Source of the DNA: Bilabrum cf. latius
Taxonomy: Eukaryota
Reading direction: 5' to 3'
NCBI GenBank assembly: GCA_965178125.1
Contig: OZ237768.1
Coordinates: 248,001-312,000 of the forward strand
Length of the DNA stretch: 64,000 nucleotides
The stretch's first letter is position 1; every line of letters begins with the position of its first letter. Under the pieces are notes generated by a model. That model worked only from the letters and a program-made list of their open reading frames with translations, ran no database searches and had not been told where the DNA came from. Below are positions 1 to 11,007 of the stretch, piece by piece. Made by a program: the position numbers and the translations under genes.

Positions 1-1811
1 GTGCGCACCTCCACTGGCAGGTGCAACAGCGGCAACTGATCCAGACCTGGAGTGCCCTGCCTGCTGGGCATAGCGCTGTGGCTTCACCGCTGTGGCTGCA
101 GTCCACTTCGTCGATGGCCTCCGAGTCATCAATGTGGCCTCCTCGCCGCCTAGAGCACCTACCCTTTGCTGTGGGGCAATATCGTCACTCGATTTTTCCT
201 AGGGACCTGCGATGGTCAGCGGTGCAGCGCCGTTTGCTGGCCTGACAGCTGGGCATGATCTCGAGTGCCGCGATGCCTCCGGCCCCATGCGCAATGCACC
301 TTGGTGCACGGCCGAGCCCTCCAACTCGGCGAACCCTGACAGCTTGCTCTCACTGCGGCTGCCCTTCGCGTGCAGATCGGCCTACTGGTTCGAGTAGCTG
401 CTGCCAGCAGTTGCGGTTGCAACGAGGCCACAGCCCGCCAGGCCAGGGTCATCCCTGCGGTTCGCACTGCACGCATACCTGCAGCGCCGTCCATTGCTGA
501 CCAATTTCTTGAAGTGGAACATATCACTAAACATTGCACTGGGCAGTCGCACGGCCGGGACAGGTCCCATCGACGCCAATGAAAAACGACTTGAATTCTT
601 CGATACAGCGGACCTTGGCATGCTCGGACTGTGCGGAGGTGGGCCACCCTCGCTGCCAGCTTGTTCGATATTAGAAGCACTCATCCGTGCAGACACGGCG
701 CCCACACTATTTGCATCGCCTGAAATTGACCCATGATGCTCGTCTGTCTCTGCTGCTGCCGGTGCAAGCGGAGGCTTGCCGATATGGCCTTTGAGAGGTT
801 GTGAAGTCGATCGCTTGGGGGCAGTCAAATCCTTCCTGTACCAGCTGAGCCTAGCCATGGCTCTCTCGTTGATTTCCTTTCCCTGGTCTACGCTCCATGA
901 CTTCTTCAGGCATGACTTGAGCACTGGATGCTCGCCGCTTGTGATTCGCAGGGGTGATGCTCGGCTGATGTTTGCGAGACCGGCCGCCGGCGAGGCAGCT
1001 GGACTAACCGAACCGCTGTCCAAGGCAACAGAGCGCAGTGAAATGCGGTCCGAGCTATCGCTGTGTTCATTATCAGCATCAAAACCACCGACCACGCGCC
1101 TTTCTATAATGTATGACTCGGTAGGCAGCTTGATGCAGCGCATAAGTCGGGCCTCAGCCTCTCGGTCGATCGATGCTGGGGACGGCACGCCTGTGCTCTA
1201 CGTCCAGAGGCGCAGCTTCCGAGGGACCACCATCCCAGGCACATCTGCACGAGCAGCCATGCACCGTATTCCATCGGCGGGACCCAACATGTCCTTGGCG
1301 CACGGTGCTCCTTCTGCAAATATCGTACGGAGCGCGCGAAACCATGCCTGCACAGCGCAGGCCTCATCGCGACCGGTCGCAAAGAACGGATTCTATCGGT
1401 CGCTCTTATACGCAGCTATCATCCAGACGGTTACAGCGCACTCCGTTTCAGCCACGTGGACATTTCCGGAGGCCCGGCGTCTCTCCTTGACGCCATCAGC
1501 TGAACGCGAACAAGCAGCAGTTGATGATGCTTTCAGCGCAGCACCTGCCGCCTGATCATTCGCTGAAGCACTTAAAGGCTACGAGAATGTACTATTATTG
1601 TTTGGAGGCGCTTCCGGAGGCCTCCCATCGCTATATCTTTCGTGGATCTGCACAAGTCGGTGGGAACAGTCGGGCAGATTGGCCAATTCCACATCTAATC
1701 GTTGTGTTGCTACCACTAAACCACACTTAATTTGATATGCGGGTATTTATCTTTGTTTACTTGCGCCGGAAAACTCACTGAGGCTGTTGAACTAGAAACT
1801 CCGCACCCCAT
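1..1811 (-). CDS. Unknown protein with N-terminal myristoylation/palmitoylation motif (MGCGVSS...); 3' end lies outside the window
   Basis: Exon 1 at 1811-1779 encodes MGCGVSSSTAS. A GTGAG...TGCAG intron spans 1778-1648 (phase 0). Exon 2 runs 1647 to <1 and is open except for in-frame TAG (1579, 1393, 1198, 382, 199), with no TAA or TGA. It includes track ORF 382..1188. Confidence 0.75.
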
Positions 1812-2139
1812 TGCTGTGGCGCGAGCAGATTAGATTTGGCAGACAGATCGTGTCGGGATCTGTGTCACAGTGGGTTCACGCCACCCAATGCCACTACAAT
1901 TGGCTGGCCAATAGCTTCAAGAATCCTGATGAGATTGGCTCGTGCCCAAGACCTGTCCCTGCAGGCGCTGTGCCTTTCGAATGGGTACGCGGAGTCTCCG
2001 AAGGGTTCACGAAGGTTCATGCACGAAGTAAGTTCACTTGAGTTCACTTCACAACTTAAACTTCACCTCACTTCGACCATTCACAGTGTTCCGGCACAGT
2101 GTGGAGTCCACTGAACCGAAAAGACCAGGCAGGCAGCGC

Positions 2140-3765
2140 TCACCCCCTGACGAAGTGGCAAAGGATCCCCGACCTCTCGGCGAGCCGGAACTTGGTCGGC
2201 TCAAGCCTCCCCACAACGGGGTCCTTGCTCCTGTCCCCCAGCACGTGCCTGACCCCCTCTTCCGTCCACAGAGGCAGCAGCGCATTTGTGTCTCCAATCA
2301 CACCCTTGCCCTCGCCCTTCAGCTCCTGCATCTTGGCCCTCAACGCCTCTGAGCTGGAGGCAGGGAGGGCCGTGGAGGGTACGAAGGGCGCATCCTTCGG
2401 GAAAATATTGTACCCTGTGTCACCCGGGGGGATTCCTCTCCCGAAATAGTGCTCGCTCCACCTCCTCTCAGTATCTCTCCCGCAGTTGAGAACAAACACG
2501 TGCGAGCCGGCAGGAGAAGCCGCGAAGGAGGCGGTGGCGATGCTCTGCATCCTGCCGTGATCCGAATCTGCGTACGCTGGCGGGCCTCGCACCATGACTA
2601 TATCGTATCCCGGGTAATCTCCGCCGCTGCCAGCGGAGAAACCACCGTTGCCGGGCTGCTCCAAGTCCTTGGCCCTCTGCAGAATACTCTGGATCTTGAG
2701 CTTCTGGTCGCCCATCCTCCCGTTCAACTTGTCCCTTTTGAGCTGTGTCCAATAGCTCACGGTCACGGGGCGGCACACGGCAGGCGTCTCGGGCGACAGG
2801 GGCGCGTCCGCGGGACTGCAGCCAAACTTCCTGAGGGTGTCTCCCTCGTCACAGGGAGCCTGCGACCTGCACGCCACGTCGATGATGCCACCTCGGTTGG
2901 CGCGAGCGACCACGCCCAGCTCCGCAGTGGCCCCAAAGTACAGAATCCTGAGGGGTTTGCCCTGTCTCTGCGGCGGGGCCTCCAAGCCCAGGGCCTCCAG
3001 CCGAGAGGGGGCGGACAGGGCCCTTGCCAGCTCCTCATCGGAGACGCCTGCCCGCCGCAGCCTGAGGGCCTGTATGGTGCGCAGCAACACCGCGAGCGCA
3101 GAGTAGTCCGCGATGGTCGTCTTGTCTCTATATGCGAGAGTTAGGTCTGCCAGGGCCTGAGTGTCCCAAGGCGACGGGTCCACGGCGCCGGAGACCGAGG
3201 CCGATTCGCTCGTGCTCTCGCTCCGAGGTGGCGTGATAGGATTCTATGGTGCTTGCTACTACTGTTTAGCTTCATATTCCTGTGCTTTGGGGGCCTTACT
3301 CTTCTTCTTCTTAGTCTTAAGCTTCTTTTCGCCGTTGGTCCGCTGCGTTGCCCCAGGTTTCCTACCTATGCCACCTCGCGCGCTTTCACTAGATCGAGCC
3401 ACGATCCGATCTGCAGGCGCCAGATCATGAAAATATTCTACAGGTACACTCGGGCTATCGAGTTCGATCCCCCTGAGCGAAGTTCCAGCGGTCGCAGGGA
3501 CAGGCTTTGGCGCAGACCGAACAGGATCGATATCGCGCGCATCCTGGAGCGTTTCCTGGTTGTGATCGCCACTTTGAAGTCCCCCGTCGGTTCTAGCATC
3601 GTTTTCCTGAGAATGGAACTCAGTCTGCGGTTTCTGCGACATCAGCACGAACTCGAGCGGTCCAATCACAAGGATGACTACAGCACTCGCTATCAACAGG
3701 GTAGTCTGCAGCCAACTTGTTGATCTCTGCTTGCCATACTTCCTATCATCGTCGTCTTTTTTCAT
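2140..3765 (-). CDS. Type II membrane protein with C-terminal DUF579 / IRX15-GXM-like polysaccharide O-methyltransferase-like domain (~541 aa)
   Basis: Track ORFs 3259..4158 and 2140..3183 share a frame and are separated only by TAGs (3259, 3256, 3244). There is an N-terminal TM segment (TTLLIASAVVILVIGPLEFVLM). Motifs LRILYFG, YDIVMVRGPPAY..GRMQSI and HVFVLNCGRDTERRWSEHYF resemble DUF579. Stop is TGA at 2142-2140. The start is uncertain: the frame is open upstream, with an alternative ATG at 4071. Confidence 0.7.
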
Positions 3766-4229
3766 GCCGCTGATGTGATATGGAAGGGCACCATGTTCAG
3801 TGGCGGTTGTAACTATCAATACAAGCACACAAACGGACGCGAAACTCAACCTGTCATGCGGCTTTGAACATGGAGTCCTTATTTGACGCTGTGTAGACGA
3901 TATGTGGGGCGGGATCGGAGGCGTGCACTTTGAGAGGGCGAACCTGCCGGCATGAATTGAGAGCAGCTCGGGTGTCTCACGGCACCGGTAGCCATCGGCT
4001 GGACTAGATCGCAGTGGCAGTGGCATTATAGCAGCCGGTTGATACTCTTTCCCATATATGCTAGTAGGCATTGAACGAGCATCGAGGTATGGTCCTAAAT
4101 TGGTCTTTGAGCCCGCCTCAGGCAAGTGAGGTTGCACAGCAGCTCGCTGATTCCTCACTTAAGCATTTATAGAACCGATCGTAGTGGTTAGGAAAAGAGT
4201 AGTGGATAAATAATGCTTCTGTAGGCTTA

Positions 4230-7200
4230 ATGTCGCTGATTATTGGGGATTCAAGCTAGGGGCGCTAGTGGGCGGCAAGCTTCTGCGCAGCAACTGGGCT
4301 CACCGTCAGCAGCACAAGGGAGCAGCGCGTGACCGCAGCAGGAGTGGGAAGTCTTCCGAAATGGATCGAACAGCTCGCGTTGCAGAGCACCCCTGAAGCG
4401 CTGAGATCTGCTTGCTCACTCGCTCTCTCGTTTGCATCGATCTGCCAGCTCCTGGTGGTGGCAGCTGCTGGAAGTGAAACAGTTCGAGCCGCATTTGCTC
4501 CCGAGGAGAGGCGACCGATGGATGAAACAAGACGGACCGACAGAGAAGAGAGCATGCGCGTGGAGCTGTTCTCCGTGCCTATCAGCCGACGCAAGGCCCC
4601 GTCTCTATCGGACTCAGGGGCACAGCCACCGCCGGCACCGGTACCGGCAGCAGCAGGTGCAAGTGGAAGTGCAAGTGCGGGGACTTGCCGCGATTTGCTA
4701 CACCGCAGGGCCGCCGATGCGTGCCGCTGCCTCGCAGCTCGGAAGGCGAGGACCTTGGTTGGCCTGCAGGCAGACCGCGTGGCTGCACTCGTGGCCAATG
4801 CAGACGAGCTGGGCAGGGACTCCAGCGAGGTACAGGCTAGGGCAAGGGCGGCCTTGGGCGCCACAGCCTTTGGTATCGGAGGCAGTGTTCTAAATGATGC
4901 CGACAGCAATGGTGCGCGAGTTCGTGCCGACGGCTCCGCTGTCTGCGGCGAAGGCAATCAGGAGCATGGCTGCGCGGCTGCGTGGTGGGAGTGCGTGCTG
5001 GCAGGCGCCGCTTGCCACGGATAGCTCTATGCAGATGAACTAGTGGACGAAGATGAAGGTCAATGTGACGGTGAATATGAAGGCCAATTTGAGCGCTCGT
5101 GTACTACTGGCGCAAGCAAGCTGGGCCAGGCCTCCATGGCAGACAACCCTTCAACGGTGGAGGCTGGCTCTGGCTCTCTTGACGACTCAATACGCGGGGA
5201 TGGGATTGCCAACAGTCTGTCCGTTCGCGCCAATGTCTGCCAGGCTGCCACCATTATTTGCTTGGACGTTCTGGCGAATGCGCTGGTGAGTTCAGCCCGC
5301 CGAGGGTAGCCCCCGTCGTCTGGTCAGGAGAGGCAGTCGCAGCACGATGGCTCGATGCTAGCAGCGGAGCAAAAAATGGCCGGCGGCTTGTCGTCCTCTT
5401 CGTCGTCCTCCAGCTCAATCGATGAAATTGAGGCTCGTGCGGTTGCACTAAGGCGGCTGAAGCTGAAGCAGCAGCGTAGGAAGCTGGCAGGGCTGATTGG
5501 CGCATCTAGTGGGTAGGATGGATCGGTCAGATCGTCCCCAGCACCTGCAGCATCAGCAGTGGCTGCAGGTGCACCTCGATCTACTTCAGGGGGCGAGGCA
5601 GGCGCCCTCGTCCAAGAAAAGTCGGAAAGCTTGGCGAACCATGCCCCCCCTTCTCTCTCTGACCAAGGGGAGGGTCGAGCTGATTCCAGCATAGCCTCAC
5701 CGATTGGGACGCTCCAAGCCGCAGCACCTGGTGCGGCCAAAGTATAGCAGTAGAAATGCACAAGCCCGATCACCGACTCAGATCCGCGCACTTCCGTGCA
5801 GTATGGCCTAGATTCAATGGAGACCTCTTTGCAGGAATCAATAGCCGAGACTCAGAGTGCCGCCATCCGTGGCATGCTCGGATGTACTGAAGCACGGACC
5901 GTCGTGGCAAAGCCCATCTCTCTGCTGGCATGGTTGGCGGTTCATCTAGCGGGGGCTCATCAACCAAACACGGAAGACGGTGATTCCTCGCATGCACAGG
6001 CAAGCGCTGATCTGGCTAGTATCGCAGATTCCTCAGGGCTTGGGCTTGGGCTTGGGCTGGGCCCCGCAGTCAGCCCAGAGTGCGTTCGTCAAGCGGAGAG
6101 CAGACTTTCCGGCGCTGGTCAATCACCACGCCGATCAACGAGGCGGGCAATGGGTCACTTGTCTATGGCTCAGACTCGTCTCGAGAGACTCGGTCAATGT
6201 GTTGCGTCATCCTTCCTTTTGCTGGCTTCTTGCTGTGATGGCCACGGTCAGCACAATGGCCATGATCCAGGCGCTGGCATGTCAGCTCCAAGTGCCGCCG
6301 TCGACCACAGGGGGCTTGATGATCACTCTCGCGCCCATCTCTCCAAGGATCGTTCGAGCATCCTCACTTAGATCTCTAGATTTGCCTCGTTTTCGCGCGC
6401 CTACTCTGACTGGATGCGGCATACCAGAGAGTGCGGGGTGCTGGCAAAGCAGCGCACCAAGACGGTGGTCAGAGCCGAGCTTCACGCGAGAGAGATAGCT
6501 GAGAAAGCCAGGCAAAAAGCCATGAAACAGGCTGTGGACCAGGCAGAGTTTGACCTCAAGCACGGCAGTGGCAAGGGGGTCGTGTCTACCTCCGAACAAG
6601 GCAGCGGCACCACTGTCGCGCCGTGGCGAGACCTCAGAGATCAGGCTGCGTCCGTTGGATAGAAGAAGCAGGAGTTCTCAGCGCAAGTTGCGACAGAAGT
6701 GGCGCTGGAACTGGCAGTCGCAGAGGTTTTTCGATTCTCTTCTGCGTGCCTGCTGAAGGCCTGCCTGCGGTGGTCCAAGGGTGCGGTGCAGGCAGAGCCG
6801 CGGCCTCGCGGGGGTCTCTCAAGCAGCGGCGTGCACGCCGGGAAACGAGGTACAAGCACCATCGAAATGATATAGGGGGCATCGGGCGAAGATATTCTTG
6901 GAGATGCATTGAATTGCGCTGCTATGGCTCCTGCAGCGGAGTTTGTCCCCCCTGCAATGAGCCTGGTGCGCCTCGCGACAACAGCAATCGCCGCAAGTCG
7001 AAGGGACCTGCACGCCGCATGTGCCCGCTGCTTGGGGCTGCTAGCGAGACAGGTGCATGGCACTGCAGTTGCTCGACTCACCGAGGGATGGTACGACCGC
7101 GGTTTCCCTGGACTGGAGCTATCCAAGGCATCGTCTGCTGGGGAGGAAGAGTCCCTCGCACCGTCCAACCACTCAGCGATGGAGGCAGGGTGCACGCGAC

Positions 7201-9770
7201 CGCTAGCCGAATCGGTCCCAACAGCCTCGGTGCACGTGCTCAGGCGACCCAGACCCTGTGTAGATGTCGCGATTCATTGCATAGGAGTGATGGGTTCTCC
7301 TTTTCGCGAGGACGCGGCAGCCGCAGTCGTCAATAGGGTGTTGCTTGCCTGCACCGGCTCCGCTTTCATGGGCCACGATGGCCGCATAACCCGGTTGTTC
7401 TAGATTGCAACAGGCGAGCATGCAGTTGCAACCGGCAGTGCGAAGGACAGCAGATCTGGCGCCAGCACGGCAAGCGTGCTGTCCTTCGCAGCCGACGGTG
7501 ATGCCCACATCTAGAGCCCAGGGCATTCCCTAGAAGCCTTGTCTGCTCTCATTTGTGGTCTCATCAGAACGTCTGGGTCGAGCGTATGCCATGCACCCGA
7601 AGTGCATTCAGAGAGCCAGGGCTCTAAGAAGAACGCATCAGGGGATTAGGAACTAGACACGGTCAGTCTCGCCATGGGACTGCAGTGCGGCCTAGACGCA
7701 TCGATGGCAGACTCCATCGGTGGACTGGCAACTGGCCTGTGGCGACTCCCGCCCGCTGGGTCATCAACCGCGGTGCTTAGCCCGCCTCGTGCCGTGGCCC
7801 TGTCCCCGCCTCGTAGCGGAGCAGCAGTTCTCATGGGATCAGCGAATGGGCGGTCCCAGTCCCACCAGAGCCAGAGGGACCCACGGGGCCGCGATGTGTC
7901 GGTTCGAAGCGCGTTGGTGCTGGCTTCGCTGTCATGCGCGGTATTGGAAGCCACTGTGGTAGTCGTCTCTCCCGGGTGTGTTGGGCTGCGATCCGATCCA
8001 GAGGGGCTGGAAGCAGGCTCACGTGCAGGCGGGGCCTCCGTTCAACCGCCCATGAAGCGAAGGAGACTTGGCGCCCCGTCAAATGCCGAGCTAGACCAAC
8101 AAGCGGGAAGAGCTGGCCGCGGCCGCGGTCGGGGCAGAGGTAGGGGTAGGGGAAGGGGCAGAGGCCGTGGCAAGGGCCAAGTGCGCTCTAGCGCCTCAAC
8201 TCCCACGCCATCAGCATTGAACGGCTCTACTCGCGTGGTATCTGCCGAATCCATCTCTGAGCTGGCCACGCCCACCCAGCTGCTCCAGCTTGGTCTCGGG
8301 CCGATCACGGTGTATCAGCTGCTGGACCTGGGTTCATAGGCTTGCCAGATGATGAAGAATGTTCTAGAATAGACGGCTGGCAGAAGCCGCGGCTCACCGA
8401 GTACCGTGGACCAGGAACCAGCTGCAGCTGCAAGCCGCCGTGCCCCTACCACAGCTGGTCTGGATGGAAGCGCGATCCGTATTTGTTCTCACCTCGTGAG
8501 GTGGGCGCTGTGGCAGGCGCAATCGTGGCTGCAGCCCATGGAGTCGTCTCTGGCCGTGCCGTGGCGCCGCGGCCTGGACGAAGGTTCTCTGAGAACCCTT
8601 CGCAGGCGTGCCGCTCGTTGCAAAGAATCGGCAAAGCAGCTGCACCAGGCGCTGTGCGAATACACCGGTGTTCGGGCGAGGATGTCGCTGCCGGAGGTAT
8701 GCATGCTTCAGAGAGTGCTGCGTCTCCTCGAAACTGACGTGGGCAAGTGGCTGCAGGCATCGCCAGAAGTCGACATGTATGGCGCGATGGTAGGCGCTGG
8801 CAGTGGAGGGCGCCATGGTAGCTTCAACTCTGACTCCCGGAATGAACGGCTGGGCGATGCCGGCTCCCGGGTAGTTGGCCGGCAGCTGGCGATGGCACGA
8901 GTGGCGCAGGCCATGGTAGATGAAGGATCAGAATCGATACCATCGCAGTCGGGAGGCGACGATGACACTGACCAAGCGGATGAGGATGATGAGGATGGTC
9001 ACGAGGATGAATGCTATCGTGGCGGGGGTGGGAGCGAGGACGATGGATCCATGTCTGAATCTGGGTCAGACTCAGGCTCAGATGGTATGGCCGCTGGATC
9101 TGTGAGAAATGAGGCTGGTATCGGCTCTGCCCTGAATGAACGCGGCATAGTGATGCATAACGGCAGCGATTCGTAGATCCGGATGACCGGTGCAAAAGGA
9201 GCTGGTGACTCTGGATCGCAGCATCACGGCCTGCTTGCCGCTTCGCTTGGCGGGCACAATCCAGGACCCACCCTATTTGGCAGCGAGCATGGCCACAGCC
9301 AGAGTGCATCCCCCGGTGCCCCCACCATGGGGGTGCCGGGGCTAGGCATGCAGCCTCAGCCTCAGCCTCAGCCTTAGCCTCAGCACCAGCACCAGCACAG
9401 CTGGTAGGGAGCCGGGTATGCCGGGCTGATGCATGGGCTCGTCCCCATGCCATCGATTCCCGCTGCGTCACCCGCGCCGGATAGTGCTGGAGGGATGCGC
9501 CTCGGGCAGGCTGTGATGGTGGCACAGCACGTGCACAGTCACGTGCACAGCCACTATCATGCAGGGAGCAGCTCCAGCTCGATAGGACCTGACTACCCGC
9601 GCCACGTTGGGGATGCAGCCCCCGGGAGCTTTGGCCGAGAGAGCATTGCGATGGGTGCTGGAGCAACTGGCAGTGCTGCGGGTGCCGCCCAGCAAGTTGT
9701 CGATATGGACGGGTTGCTGGCAGCTGCAGAGGCCCAGGGGTTGTTGTCTAGTGACAGTGATAGCGACTGA
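4230..9770 (+). CDS. Large (1846 aa) intronless low-complexity protein with RG dipeptide tract, acidic tract and QP/QH repeats; function unknown
   Basis: Track ORFs starting at 4329, 5043, 5559, 5796, 6414, 6909, 7674, 8406, 9183 and 9429 are all in one frame. Every intervening stop is TAG. ATG at 4230, TGA at 9768-9770. Confidence 0.8.
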
Positions 9771-9880
9771 GCAATCCATTTAGAAGGCTGCAATCACTAT
9801 CCTTCACTTTGTCTTGGATCTGCAAGTGCAGCGCACTGTCCTGATGTCATGTTCAGTCGCAATCACTTGGCTCCCAAATA

Positions 9881-10828
9881 ATGAATCGATTTGCATCCAA
9901 TCTGCTGAGAAAATCCGTGCGATACTTTTCTGCGGCTCCGCGGGCCGGGCCAGCACACGCTCTGGCAAATAGTTGCATCCTCGTCACTGGAGCTGGGAGC
10001 GGGATCGGCCGGGCAATTGTTGATCTAGCTTACAACTCTGGAGCACGCGTTGTTGCAACAGATCGCGACAAAGGATTACTCACTAAACTTAGCCGAGATT
10101 TAGAACCATCGACACCGGGAGAAAGTCAGCTGACCACAATATCGGGAGATGTTGCGAGTTCGCAGGATCGCTAGGCGATGATTGACGAAGCCTTGCAATT
10201 CGGGAATAGGCTGGATGGGCTGGTCAATTGTGCCGGAGTAGACTTTGGAAAGCCTTTCTTAGATACTAGCATGGAGGACTTCGACCGGGTAATCGACGTC
10301 GATCTAAGGGCAGTATTCGCCCTCACTCAGCTTGCAGCCAAAGTCATGGTAAAGTAGAGACCTAGGGAGCACCCAATTAATGACTCCCTGGTCATAAAGC
10401 AGCTCCCTTCCATCAAAGGTTCTATCGTGAACATATCATCTGTGCACTCGGTCGCTACCCTCCCAGGCGTGGCGCCCTACGCCGCTGCCAAAGCCGGTGT
10501 CGTCGGTATGACGAGGTCTATTGCGAACGAGCTGGCTCCCCTGGGCGTGCGGGTCAACACAGTGTCGCCCGGCCTCGTAGCGACAAAGATATGGGACGAC
10601 GTGCGCGCCGCGGCTCCCTCCAGGCTGGCAGCCCAGGAGCACTGGGCTCGGAACATACCACAAGGTGCGCCCAACACACCCCTCGAGATCGCGCAGGCGG
10701 TTTGCTTCCTCCTGTCACCCATGGCCTCTGCGTTTCAGGGAGCGAACATTGTTGTGGATGGTGGCATGACGTCTTAGCTCGTATCGCAGCCGCCTTACAA
10801 GCCGAAGCCACACGGCGCTGGGTCGTGA
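9881..10828 (+). CDS. Classical short-chain dehydrogenase/reductase (FabG-like), probable mitochondrial presequence (315 aa)
   Basis: Motifs TGAGSGIG, LVNCAG, SIVNISS, YAAAK, RVNTVSPG and VVDGG lie in one frame interrupted only by TAG at 10172, 10355 and 10775. Stop is TGA at 10826-10828. The N-terminus is Arg-rich (MNRFASNLLRKSVRYFS). Confidence 0.93.
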
Positions 10829-11007
10829 TCCCGCGGTGCTTACCGGACTTGCTGGATGTACAGCATAAGGGGATGCTTGTTGGGGTGCGATGAAACCTGG
10901 ATGAAATTGAAGACGGTATCCATGATACGCTAGAAATACTCATCAACATGCCAATATATGTTTCCAGCCCAACGTTGTCTGAATGCAGCTGTGCATCCGC
11001 AGAGTGC

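Noticed and set aside
5286-5342. GTGAGT...GCAG intron in the 4230-9770 gene
   Set aside because: Not needed: the frame is open through it with TAG = Gln. It cannot be excluded without RNA data.
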